A DNA stretch of 64,000 bases from contig NW_003314262.1 of assembly GCF_000143415.4 (NCBI RefSeq), positions 757,431 to 821,430 of the forward strand. Reading direction: 5' to 3'. The notes beneath the pieces were generated by a model, which was given only the letters and a program-made list of their open reading frames with translations, was not told the DNA's origin and made no database searches. The position numbers and the translations under genes were made by a program. The stretch comes from Selaginella moellendorffii. Its lineage: Eukaryota > Plantae > Lycopodiophyta. Below, one piece after another: positions 50,220 to 62,930 of this stretch. Position 1 is the stretch's first letter. Each line of letters begins with the position of its first letter.

Positions 50220-50560
50220 ATTGTAAACCATGTCAATTTTACCAGTAGATGAACTTTTGCACTCTTAGTGTTGTATCTCTATGGACTTCATCACTTTTTT
50301 GCCAGAAATATAAGAGCAAAAAAAAGTAAAAGTGGGTTATAATAGATCAATTATAAAGTATATGCAGTTGTTTGCTCTTCAGAAGATTGTCACTAGATAC
50401 TAAACATCTATTTAGAGAAGGTTTTCCTAATTTTGATTTGCTAAAGAAAATCATTAGCAATTGATACTCATAGTTTACTAATGAATTTTTCAAAAAGCTT
50501 TGTCAAAGCTATGTATTATAACCCAATGCTAAATAACAATGATAAAAAAGCCTAGCCTCA
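50220..50560 (+). mobile_element. Decayed gypsy integrase core remnant
   Basis: ISMDFIT.LPE and later KIISN*YS*FTNEFF, resembling the KIISDRDxxFTS motif. Confidence 0.6.
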
Positions 50561-53500
50561 CTAGACTATGCTACATCTCCTCTTGAGGTTCTTCACCACT
50601 CAACCACCCTTGCCATTACTACTATAACCCCTTAGGGTAGGTTAAGTTTCTTTAACTCTAAGTCTATGCCTTAATATACTCATTGACCACATGTTCAAAA
50701 CTAACACCAAACACTATATAAATGACTTTGAAGCTTTTAAGAGGAGATTATCTGCAAATGAATAGGTAGAATAAACATGTGAATTAGGTGGTGAGGGGTA
50801 TGCTATACAGTAGCATTGGTTGAAGGTAAGAACAATGGAATCTATATCTTCCATTGGCATAATTCACTTAACATACATTATCATCAATACTCTTTATTTA
50901 AAGTTGTTATTTTGGCATTTTGGCATTGATGTCATATATTCCGTTTTAAGAATATTCAATTTTACTTATAGTAGATGCTCCCAATCAAACAAACTAGAAC
51001 TCTAATACTCCAAACAAATGGTGAAGATCATTATATGGTGGCAAAAATGGTGGCACCTCTTGAATTCTAGATTCATAGCTTCAAAAATTTTAGGTTTAAG
51101 AATTTATTGAGCAAGATCCTGCAGTTCTTTGCAGACCCTGGGTATTGAAATATGAAGCCAGGTATGATGAAATTATAACCACTTTTTCTTCTTCTCTTGT
51201 GCATAAATTTCATGTTGTTCTGTTGTAGAATTTCTATCATTACAGAATTGAAAGGCAGAGAATTTATCGGTGCAGTGTTCTTGCAATGATCTACAATCTT
51301 AAAATTTTATGTTTTATAACTGTTTTACAGTTCTGGAGCCGATCAAAATATCCAGTCTTTGGTCGAAATTTCCCAGCAAGAAGAGCACTGCCGATGCAGC
51401 AGCTTTGTGCTCTGGCACTCTCGAGTTATCATCACTGCAGCCACTGATACGAATGTGACTGGCCACTCAATCGATTAGTGCAGGAGTAGCATTAATGACT
51501 ATTTACAAACAGAGAAAGATAGTAAATCCAAGAGAAATCCAAGAGAGCAATGCAGCTTTTGAGAAAGTAAACAAAAGAGTCTGATAAAGTTGAGTATGTC
51601 TGTCCCTCACTATCCAATCTTCTTGCTCAAACGAACAAGTAAAGATGTAATTTCAATTATAATTTCAGGACAAATCTGATCTGCTTGTTTTACAGCAATG
51701 CAGCTTCTATGAGCCAAGGCCAGAGGAAAGAGCAGCCCGGTAAGCCCATGGGTGCCTGTCATGACATGATGCCCATTTGTCTGTTTGGATGATAGCTCTT
51801 TCATTTTGATGTTCATGAGGACATACGCACAATCGCTGACACCACAATTGAGAAGGACGATGTACCTTGTGTATATCAGTTTTGTATGCCAGTTGGTGAC
51901 ACTTGTGCTTTGCTCATTCCCACGCTGGTAAGGTTGTGGAGTGGCACTGGTATGAGAAGAACAAGCACATATTTTTCCTTTCCTGCCTCGAGGTGGGAGA
52001 TCTATGATCCCCCAAAGAAGTGGGAGCGCTACACCATTCACAGAGACTAGTATTGGTTTTGTTTGAGACTTTGAAAAAACAATTTATGGCTGTTGCCTTA
52101 GCATCGCAGAGAAGGCCATAGAATTAGAATGGGCGAAGTGGTAGTGGTCGCGGGAGGCAGCTCAAAGGATCTCATCCCTCTGGTGTCCAAGGTAATCCAT
52201 TTTCCCTGCCACAGTGATTCTCTGCTTACATTTCCCCGTCTTGGAAGGATGTCCCTAAAGCCTTGCTGCCCATCTCTTATGTCTCGGACCTTTTGAAGGA
52301 TAGCAATCTCAACAATGTGAGTGTCGTAAGTTAGCCTCTGCACTTTGTTGCACGGCCTTACGTGTGTGTCTCTGCCCAAGGTGGTTGCGGGGAATGAGTC
52401 CGGTGTTAGAGTCGGTAGGTAGGTTTCCACAGTTTCGGAAGAAAGTGGGACAGCAGATGTCCTTCGCAGCATGACTCATTGGCTCAGTAGCGAGAATGTC
52501 TTGGTGGCCAGCGCTTTGCTCACTAAGCAGAGTAGGTTGTTAGCAGCGATATGGTATGCGATGTATCACTGGAGCCATTGCATCATCATCTTAGATCCGT
52601 CTGGATCCCCCAGGTCTGACAAAGTCCAAAGGTTGTAGATGGTCAAGAGGCCGGAAAACACCAAACTGTTTTTCATTAGAACGTGGGAAACGTTTACCTT
52701 TAAGAAGAAAAGATCTGCCATTGTTTTGCTTTCCAAGTGGTGTCAAAGTACGTTTGTATAGTAAGGTTACCCAGCTGTGACTGAACAAACTTTTTGACTG
52801 TGGAGATATACACAGGACTATGTTCAAACAGTCATATATAGTGATATATTATGTGCTACACTTTGTGATGTGTATATCATGCTAAAAATGTATGAACTTA
52901 GTTTAATCAAGATGTCAAATACCCTCATAGAACCACTAATAGTAATAGTTCTATTGTATAACTATATCTTTTTGGATAGTGCCTCTATGCAAAGTGCGAC
53001 ACTGTGGAGTGAATACAGTAACGCTATATCTTGAATGTGACAGTTCACCAGAAAGGAAATAGCATGACCAATTTCCAAGGACAGTGGAGGTTGCAAAATC
53101 AGAGGTAGCTACTTGTCCGTGGAACTCTATGCCTCATTTCAAGTGGCAGTGGCGTTGAAGATCCAGGTTCAAAAGACGATTAGTGGCTTTTTTGCGCATA
53201 ATTAAACAGTCATATATAGTGAATATAGCCATGACCCTTGACTTTTTACTAGCGGCATGCTATATCCCACCCTCTCTGACCTCTTTTTCTTGCGTATAAC
53301 TCTTTGACTGTAGAGATATAGCATACCCAAGAATGACATCCAAATGTCTCATTTTTACTGCCATCTTGCAGCTCAAATACTTACGGTTTTACACTAAGCA
53401 TTACATGGACCAGTAGGAAGGGAAATTTGCTGTGGCTACCCTCTTAACAGTGCTTAAAAGGCATTTTCCATTACCTGAGAGGCAGTTTCCATTACCCGAT

Positions 53501-53630
53501 AAGAAACATGGAAGAATACAGCAGATTTTTAAAAAATATTTAGAATGATAATGAGCAGCTAAGTTTTACCACTAGAAACAGCATGTTTAATTAGGTAGGG
53601 AGCTGGACAGCAATAAGTGTATAGAGCTGT

Positions 53631-56600
53631 TTACTGTGCTGTCCGTATCTGCCACACTGGCGTAAATGGAACCTGAAGGCGATGTGTGTACTCAAAAAGC
53701 AACTCCTCATAGTGCTTGCAAATCTACAATAATCACATATTTAGACTAAAATGGTGTCTGAATAATTTACCTCTGCAAGATTATGGTGCTTCAGTCTGAG
53801 CTCGTCAATCTCATCAACAATACTGGCGTCAAATGTTTGAATGGCGCTTCTTGCAATACAATCTCCAGGCATTACCTCAAAACATCCATTATTTATCACT
53901 GTTGTAGCATGGGATTTAAGCTCTGGTGGATTATGGGATTTATTAAGGTCCTTCCTAACTCCCTCAACACCAACAACACTTTGGACATATAGTTTACCGT
54001 GAACCAGATCTAGTTCGTCCTCTCTTTTTGCGATCTGATAAATCAAGTCATTGTTTAGCTGAATTGCTTTGCCCAGCTCGTCCTGAAGCCTTTCAATCTC
54101 GCCCTTTTGTTTGAGTAGAATTCTCTTTTGCTTCGCTTTATTGACAAAATAGTGGTTCCCCAAATTTGCAGCTCCTGCCTTGCAACGTATCTGCTGCATA
54201 TATACTAAGCGGTTTGAATACACACAAATAAACTTAACCTCGTTTCTAACATTCGGATATTCATCCTCAATTTGTCGTAAAACGTGTATTAGTTCAGCAT
54301 TCACATCCGTTAAGGTCTCTACATCTTCAGTCAGCCCTTTATAGCATATTAACCAAAAGTAAACGAGGTAAAGCAAGATAAATCTCATAGCCATACCTTT
54401 CACTGTTTGTTCTAAGACCGGCAGCCGCATGTGCGGACTGGCTTTGACATAGTTTGCTATTTTAAAATTTAAAATATCAATAGTGTTCTTGAGCTCTTTG
54501 TTCGCTTTGAGGAGCTTTTGATACCGGGTCTCACCCAATCCAGATTTTCTAAGCCTTGAATTTTCTCTTCTGAGCTTGTCGACAACTCTTTTTAGTGTAA
54601 AAACAAAAAGCTGCAACTCATTTTCTTTCTTTATGCTATCAATTTCCGCTATTTTTGAGTCCTGTGCCTTTTTGGAAGTCTTCTTGGGTGTTCCAAAAAT
54701 TGGTTTCGACACTTCAGGTTTCTGAGAATTTTCCTCCACCCATTCATTAAACAAAATATCAAATTTTGTTTCAATTTCTAACATTTTTCGCTTTGCTTCG
54801 TCCTTTTCGAATCTTAACTGGAGAATTTGTTTATTTTTGTTAGCTATAATGGTCTCCAGCTCGGTCAATTTATTCTCTTGACTAGTAGAAGAACCGGAAT
54901 CAGAACCTGGAAGGATGGGCTTCTTATTTGCCATGGTTCTTAGTTTCTTCAGCTCGTTTTCTAGTTTCATAATATGTTCCTCCTTGTCAACGGCTATATC
55001 ATGCCGAAGATCACGATTCTCGCATTGAAGCTCTTCCAGATGGCGGACAAGTTCTTGGACTCTGAGGCATTCTTCTAGAGGAGATGGTTGCTTTAAGTTT
55101 TCTAATTTTTCTGTAAGGTCTGCCATAGCGTGCCCTGCTAAGCGTCTGTCCATTTCACTTGCTGCTAAGTCATGTTCATACTGCCTAAGTTTTGATTTGA
55201 GGCTTTCCAAGCCCTGTTGAGCTTTTAGTTTACCTTCATCAGTGAGAGCAAGAGAACTGTTTCTTTTGGTGTTTTTTGTACTATCTATACTTGTATTTGT
55301 GTCAGCGCAGTCTTTCGTAGTCAATGTATTTGTAGCATCCAAACTGTTGCTGATGCTATTACTTTCAAGACTTTGCAGAAAAGCGCTCTCAATGTCTGTA
55401 ACTTCGTCACGAACGTCCTTCTTACTAATTTCTTTCACTTGCTGTTCTACCTTGGCGAGTTTCGCATTTAAATGACTGGTGTGAATTTCAAGTTCAGCTT
55501 TGCAACGTTCTCTAGACGAGGATGACGAGCTTTCAGTGCTCCCATGAGCTCTTTCTCTTTCATATTTTTTGAGCTGTTTTAACACCTGTTTCATCCTGTC
55601 ACGTTCCCGTTGAAGCTGATCTTGCATCTCTTTTATCTGTTATTTTTAACATGTGGTTATACGTGCATCGATTTATTTGGAACACCTGCAAGGTGCTTGC
55701 AGACTTCAGCTCCCGGCACCTGGATATCTCAGACAGCAGCTGATGTTTTTGTTGCTTCAGAGCTGTTATTTCTTCTTGTAGTTGTTTATTTTGCTGTTTA
55801 AGTTGCTGATAATTTAATGCCTGCCGTTCTTCTAAAGAGTTCATTTTTGTGAGGGATGCTATTTTTTTTTCCAGCTGATGAACAACGTTGTTCAGCTTCT
55901 GTAATTTAATGTTTTTAGCTCCTGTAACCAGCTCGTTACACTTCTGTTCATGGGTGCTGAGATAATATTACCCAGCTGTTTGTGTAGTTTTGCCACAAAA
56001 GTGCTCATAGTCTCTTCTTGTTCCTCCTGAAATTAGAACATAAATATGCTAGCATCATTTCCTGAATGAGAAAGCGCACCTTCTTGCTGTCTCCGTTTTT
56101 CAGTTCCTCACACCTGGTTTTAATTCGAATGTGAAAAGTATCACAAATGCAAAGACGGAATGATAATACTGTTGCATCCAGCTGGCAAGATTGGTTTGCA
56201 GCTCCTGTACGTGAAGTTCATGCTTAGAAATCAACTCTTGCAACTGTTTCTGGAAAAACCCTGCTAAAGCACCAGCCATACTTTTCCCTTCTTCCTTTTG
56301 AGAATAAATTTTCTGACAATGAAACGAGAAAGATTCTTGCATAAGCTTTGTGATATTTTATACCTTGAGCACGTTCATCATTGCATCTGAATTTTGATTA
56401 GTAAACATAAGGATTACTTCCTCTAGAGCGGCCATTTCCTGCCTATCTTGTTGTTGCTGTTCAGTAGCAGCTTCGTATGCCTCGTGCAATGTCTTGATAA
56501 ATTCGTCGCTTTCTTGTTCTTCCAGTCTCTCAAAATGCCTTTCAATATTTTTAGCTTCTTTCTGCATTTGGAGTATAAAATTGGAAATTTTGCACAAAGA

Positions 56601-57000
56601 GGTCAACCTCGTGGTATTCATCTGATGCAGTTGATTCAGGAGGAACTCTGACAATTTTAAACTCTCCAACTTTCTGTACTTGCGGCCTAATATAATCGTA
56701 GTAATATTCAAAAGGGGACTATACCTCACTTTCATGTGATATCCCAGGAGATTCATCATTATGGCGGCAGCTTGTTACAGGTGTATAGGTACTAGTTTTG
56801 ATTGGTTTCTTGAACACATCAACCCTCCAAACTCTCACCTTTTCGTTCTCAGACTGCAATGCAACCATACATATCGCTAGAACTCATTGCTACTGAGTGG
56901 AACAGATCAGAGTTTGCTTGATGTTAATGAAATTTGATCGTGAAAGAAAGAGGCACACCTCTTGGCAATTACATTGGTTGTCAAAGTCGTCAGGCTCCAT
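53631..57000 (-). CDS. CEP290: Long coiled-coil ciliary transition-zone protein, CEP290-like (C-terminal region homology), multi-exon
   Basis: Coiled-coil ORFs 53741-55627, 55599-55844, 56100-56342 and 56358-56759 are joined by short GT-AG introns. Motifs TLKRVVDKLRRENSRLRKS and FDASIVDEIDELRLKHHNL..YEE resemble CEP290 MKKVVEKVQRENEQLKK and FDPSFFEEIEDLK. The start (MEPDDFDN at 57000) is tentative. Confidence 0.7.
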
Positions 57001-57664
57001 TCTTCTTTAGCCTAATTGTTTCCTGCTTTCTAATAGGCTATTGGGAAACAAAAAAAATCTAAGCATTCACGATTTGAAATTTCCATGGATCAGACTAGAC
57101 TGCAGCGTCCTCGCATGTTGTATGTTACACAGCTCAAAAGCTCCAGCATGGTACATCATAAAGAGGTTAAGGGGCTGTGCAAGCCCATTACCGCCAGGAA
57201 CATGGTGAGCCGGGCGCAAGCCCGGTGCGTATGTTCATGCGGTCAACGGGGGCACACATGTCCCTTGACTGTCCGCGGGCAGGTACAAGCCTGTTAAGTG
57301 ACACGTGGCACATTTTTATTAGATTAGTACACCTGGAGAATTTTTTTGTACCACATAACCAATAATACAGGCCACATCAGCCACGTGGATGTCACAATAA
57401 AATTCTTGCTAAGAACTAATCTAGATCCAACTATCAGCAACCGTGAGATTAACTTAACTGGCCGTGAAGGGCCAGGCTCTTCTTATCTTCTTCCTTTTTC
57501 TCACAAATTCTTTTACTAAGGCTATAAATCATTTTAAGTGCCAATGTAATTTTTCTTACAAAAATCCTTCCAGCTGAGCAGCTATTTGGTAGTTTTCAGG
57601 TAGTTATGAGTATTCAAACAATGGAATATGCTGGATTGATGCTAGGGCATTACATCCGAACAGA
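57001..57664. promoter_or_regulatory. Bidirectional promoter region between CEP290-like and DNAAF1
   Basis: 664 bp between divergent ATGs. G-boxes ACACGTGG (57301) and CCACGTGG (57381), MYB-like CAACGG/CAACCG/TAACTG sites, and TATAAA near 57523. Confidence 0.55.
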
Positions 57665-59492
57665 ATGGGTTTTGATATGACTCCAGAGTCTTTAAAAAAG
57701 CTCTGTAGGGATCTCAGATTGTAAGCGAGCTTTTATCTGTGACGCTTGTGCTAATGACTGTGTTATGTAGGTATTCGAGCTGTCCAGAGTTAAATGACGT
57801 TCTCCATTTACAACAAAAGGTTTCAATGATATTCTACGAACAATTGTGATAATTGTTTTCTAGCTTTACAGGGCATAATAGAAATAAAGAGCCTGGAAAA
57901 GTACACCGGTTTAAAAACTTTATATCTGGAATCAAACGGTAGCATTTGCAGCCTTCTTGTTCCTTAACAAGTTCAAAAGAATGCAGCTATTTCAAGGATT
58001 GAAGGATTAGAAAACTTGAAAGAACTTCGATGCCTCTATATAAATCAAGTACCATTTGTGCTGCTTTAATTGATGGTCTTTCTGGTCTATGAATAAATAG
58101 AATCTGGTAGATCATGTGTCCGGTTTGGACAGTCTCAGGCTGCTTGAGACATTGGATTTGGCTGACAATCAGGTCAATCTATCTTTGGATAAACTGTTTA
58201 CACATAATGGTAGTTTTCCGTTTGCAGATTAAGACAGTTCAAGGTCTCTCCTGCTGCATATCTCTACGCCAGCTCAACCTTTCTGGGAATCGAATTCAGA
58301 GCAAGGCAGACGTTGAGCATCTTCTAGTAAGGATGCCTAATAAATATTTGTCATCAATTATTAGGTCGCAGGGGTGTCCCAGTTTAACGTCTTTGGACAT
58401 ATCGAAGAACAAAATTGAAGATGGAGAAGCAATTAAGGTTTTCTTTCATTTCAAATGCACCATGGAGAAAAAAAAATTGTTTTAACCTGTAGGCATTAAG
58501 ATCGATGCACCTAAATCTTTTGAGACTCTGCGGAAACCCTGTAATGACTAAAATATGGTGCTATAGAAAGTCGACAATAGCATGCATGCCATCAGTAAGC
58601 TTTGAAGTCAAAAAATACTTTATATAAGACAAACTTAAATTTGGACAGTTAAACTATTTCGACGACTCTCCTGTGTTTGAAAGAGAGCGCCGCTTGGCAT
58701 ATGCATGGCTGGAAGGTGGTGCAGAGGTGCACTGCGTTTGGTAATGTTTTCAACTTTAATAAATTATTGCAGGGAGAGACGATGATGCGGGAAATGATTA
58801 AGAAAGAGGAAGCTGATCAAAGAGCTTATCACCATCAAGGCATGATTATCTAAAGTCTAACAAGGCTTTTATTTTAGATACCTTCATGCATAGCTTTCCA
58901 GGAAATGATTCGAAGGGCACGCAGTGGAGCAGCCGCAGAACACCAGCAACTAGATGACGCTTGCAAGATTGAGAAAGAAACAGATGCGTGGATTAATGAA
59001 GGGCAAGCTTGTAAGAAAAAAAGAATCGACCTGGAAAGCCCCGCTGCAGATGTAGTATATTTGAAGAGAGACTATGCGGACACTGATCTGGATGACATCA
59101 TGAGCCAAACTACGAATTCATCGCAATGCGACATAATGGATATGGACATTCAGGAAAGCCCTGTAAGCTTGGGAGTCTCTGCACCTTGTCCAATAAAGGA
59201 GGCTAGAAACGAAAAAGATCCAGAATTGGAGGCAAAAGTGCATAAACAAACTTTGCGAGAGCTCAAGTCACAAGGGGCTGAAAAGGAAGGAGCTTTCAAG
59301 ACGCAACTGCAGGAGAAAATGCTAGAACGCGCTGCTAGTGGCATTGAAGAAACAAGCTCCCTGGCTATGACAACAAGACCCGTCATATGGGGTACAAAAG
59401 CATACAGGCAATTGTGGACAGTTGCAAAGAGTATAAACAGTGATAAAGAATACGAGGGCATGGAGCTGGATGACTGTTCACAGCGTGAATAG
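57665..59492 (+). CDS. DNAAF1: Dynein axonemal assembly factor 1 (ODA7/LRRC50) leucine-rich repeat protein, about 11 exons
   Basis: Spliced [71 protein letters not shown]...GNPV...YRKSTIACMPSLNYFDDSPVFERERRLAYAWLEGG matches ODA7/DNAAF1 architecture (SDS22-type LRRs plus LRRcap). Confidence 0.9.
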
Positions 59493-59839
59493 CAGCAGCT
59501 CCCAGACAGTCTCTATCTGGCGTCATATAGTTTACAATGTTACTCTGACTGGATGCCATTGTAGAACCAACTCATTTTAAGAAACAACTAGCATTCAAAA
59601 TCACATAAACCGCTCACCTAGATACAAGAGACAAGACAAGAAAAACCGGATGGAATTCCGTTCTTTGACTTTAAGTTCCGCTTTCAATGCAGCTGTTCTA
59701 CATTGGCAAAGTGATTTCACTCCTGGGTAGACACGTGTATGTGCCAGGTGGACCAACGTGGCAGTTCGGCCGGCTCGCTTCGTACGGGCACTCGATGGTT
59801 TGTTTTTGGGATGCTGGTGTTGGCATTCATTAGGAAGCC

Positions 59840-60631
59840 ATGGGTGACATAGTAGAACGACCGAAATCATCGGGCTTGCCGCATTCCAAAACCCGTGGAA
59901 AGCAGAAGGAACATGTCTTTCAGAGGTTTCCTACCAACATTGACGAAGTAGCGCAGAATGCAGTGTGGAGAGAGTTCTGTAAGAAATTGGATTCTAATGA
60001 AGTCAACGTTGGAGAGTTCACAATCAACCCTTTAACAAGTACGTTGCATATCTTACTCATTGCATGGTTAACTTGATAATGCATGTGCAGCTGTACCCAT
60101 TACCGAGAAACCAACACGAGTCGTTCCTTCTGTGCGGGGTACCACTCCTCAACCTCTATTCAAAAAGTCAAAGTGGCGTTTGACCGTGCTAGTTACAGCT
60201 TAATCGGTGATTGTGATCAGTTTCCAAAGATGAGTTTAAGGATGCAAAGCAGCTGCTTGAGGACTTGTATCCCATTAAGAATCTGGACCTGGTTCCTCCA
60301 GAAAAATATGAAGTCCCACTTACTTATGCTCAAGAGTATGGGTGGGCCAACATGCCATTGGTACTGATATATTAGATATAGTTTTCGTTTTCTCAATAGA
60401 TATTTTCATCAGGTGAAGCCAAAGACAGCTTTCGAGTTTCCGAGGCAAACTTGTGAAATTACGCAGTTTGCTGCTGCCTATCTGGAAGCTATGCACACAA
60501 CTCCATTCTCAAAGAAAGGCTTTGTTCCTCGTTATATTCTTAAACAGCAAGCAGCACTAAGGGCAGCTGATGCTGCTGCCACTGCCGCCACCGCTGCTCC
60601 TGCTGCTGTTGCTCCACCTCAACCTGGTTGA
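59840..60631 (+). CDS. CFAP144: FAM183/CFAP144 ciliary microtubule inner protein, 4 exons
   Basis: DEVAQNAVWRE..FTINPL..ITEKP...PPEKYEVPLTYAQEYGW..L...FEFPRQTCEITQFA parallels FAM183 motifs (DEVHQNQILRE..VNPL..TRKP..KKYP..QT..QEIGW). Confidence 0.78.
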
Positions 60632-61030
60632 TACATCTATGTCTTTGTTTATAAAAGAAAACATTTTTGGAGTTTCTTAAATGTCATAAGTGATGTTTGT
60701 GGCTGCTATCTTTTGAGATGCTGAGACAAATTCCTGAAGGCACTTTCGATTTTGTGTAGCGAAAAAAGCCTTGCAGCCTAGCCACCTGCTTTGACAAAGA
60801 GCTATGCACTGTGAGCCTAGGTTCTATTCTTGTTAAGTTGAGCTCCCCAGTTAAATGAGGCACCCCAGAACCTTAACATAAGACTAGCAAGGAATCTAGC
60901 TCCGCTGGCTTAGATAGAAACTAAATATTTAATTATCATCATCATATTCATATATTTAAATGAAAGAGTTAGTATAATAATGGCATATGTTAGGGATAGA
61001 GTGTCGGTCATCACTAGAAGGAAGGTATAC

Positions 61031-61050
61031 TGTGTGTGTGTGTGTGTGTG
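61031..61050. repeat. (TG)10 microsatellite
   Basis: Directly visible. Confidence 0.95.
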
Positions 61051-61469
61051 ATGAGGCAATGTTTCTGTGGAACCAGTCAACCACATGGATCCATAAAGTA
61101 CTGACATCTCTCTCTGTCCTCTCGATTTTTTCCCTTCCCTGCAGGTATTGAGATCTTGCAATTGCATATAGATTAGTTGCAAACAAGAATTCAAGAAACC
61201 CCATATTGTATTTCTTCTATTTTCTTCCCCCTAGATATGATGCTGTTTCTGCAGCCATTGCTAGAGTGACACTTTAATTTTATGGACGAAAGTTTCATTT
61301 ATTTTAGTCTAATTTATTGCATTGTATTATACTCTTTACCTACAGTTGATGTTCAAGGATATCCATGGCTCAACACCCTTGCACTGGTGGAAACAATATG
61401 AAAATGAGCAAGAACTGAGAGTTAAATGACTAGAGCTCAAAATGTGCCTTGCTGATGGTTTTGTTTTAG

Positions 61470-62090
61470 GATGAATTTAAGTCTCGCCTAAAAGGTAGAG
61501 GTGAAGCATCTAGCCATGGTGCTGAAAAGGGCTGAGGAGCAGGCTCAAATTACCGAATCGCTTCAGGGAACTGTAAGTTTCTTTTTTGTCTCGAGAGGTC
61601 TATACATATTTTGTATCCAGGTTATAAAAGACTCTATGAAGAAGAGTGAGGAATTCGTTCTACATTCGTAGTAGCACCTGGACCACATTCTTTATGTTCA
61701 TTTTCTTTTCTGTACTTACATTTCTTGTTCCTTATTTTTAGATGGTGGTGGACGAGATGTAAGGCATGTAATTTGATGTTTTCTTTCAAATGGTTTGTTA
61801 ATTTATGAGCTCTCCTTCTCTTCTAAGATGAATGTCGTAGGCATCTCAATGTTGCTCTGGAGCAAATGAAAACAGTTGAAGGTGACTATTGTCATTCTCA
61901 TTTTTTTCCACAGGCATAGTCTTACTTCAGCTCGTGTTGAATGCGCTCGAGATGAGGCAGATGCAACATTTGCAAAGGAAAAGCTGGCGTTGATGATGCA
62001 AGAGTCTGAAAGTCAGTGATATTTGTGCATTGCTGTCATAGAAATTGCAAAATCAGCAATTACAAAGGAGAGAAACGTGGAGCTTGTTGC
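61470..62090 (+). pseudogene. NUA: Nuclear pore anchor (NUA/TPR/Mlp) internal gene fragment
   Basis: Exons AMVLKRAEEQAQITESLQGT / YKRLYEEE* / ARDEADATFAKEKLALMMQESESQ / RNVEL match NUA (VLKRAEEQG.MIESL..YKRLYEEE..ANFAREKL..MKESE..RNIEF). Has stops and frameshifts. Confidence 0.78.
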
Positions 62091-62273
62091 GAATGTGACT
62101 TCGAGTATCGAAAGTTACTTGTCAGTTAATCCTTTCGGATATTCTTTCTTTACTGTCACAATGGTAGGAAGTTGGTATTACTAGACTCATTATCAATTTC
62201 CCACTTGAGCTAGTTAAGAAACTTATCTAGGACTATGCACTTAAATTGGATAAATATAAAGTAGAAACCTTAT

Positions 62274-62560
62274 ATGCTTTATTTCGTTAAAGTGGAACTT
62301 ATTCAGTAAAGTGGGACATTAATTAGCATGTGTCCACATGCCATTTCCTAGTACTTAATTAATATTTATTAATATTTCTATCACTTTTTTAATTTATTTT
62401 TTATATTTCACAATATTATAACACAAAATCATATGAAAAGTTTTTAATTTATAAATTATAAAGCTAAAACTTCAATTTTTTATTGTTGTTATAAAAATGG
62501 CATGTGGCCACACACCATAAGTGGGATAATGAAAAATTCCACTTTAACAAAATAAAGCAT
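62274..62560. mobile_element. MITE copy 2 (287 bp), TSD TTAT
   Basis: Near-identical to 34851-35137, flanked by TTAT at 62270-73 and 62561-64. Confidence 0.92.
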
Positions 62561-62589
62561 TTATGTGTTTCTTGCTAAGCACTTGTTAG

Positions 62590-62800
62590 TATTAAGAACC
62601 CTTGTGATATTGAGCTTGGTCCTTTAATATTCATTAGATGATAGTTTATCATTTCTGCCAAACACTCTTGCTATCATGCCCTTGTGTTAATCTCATTTTG
62701 GTCTTAAATGCTATTTATGGAAATTGTCTAAATTTGCTCATTTGGCATATCTACAAAATGTAGAAATTGTCCTGAACACAATGGTGTTCGTCCCATATAC
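62590..62800. mobile_element. LTR D fragment (reverse)
   Basis: Reverse complement of 18965-19165. Confidence 0.75.
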
Positions 62801-62930
62801 TTCGATACCACATGTAGCATATTTTATATCTCTCCCCTTAATCCACTTGGAAAAAGGGTAATTACTTGATGATAGAGCCCTTAGTGGTTATTTTATCCCC
62901 ATTTATCCCCTAAAGTTCAAAGGATCCACA

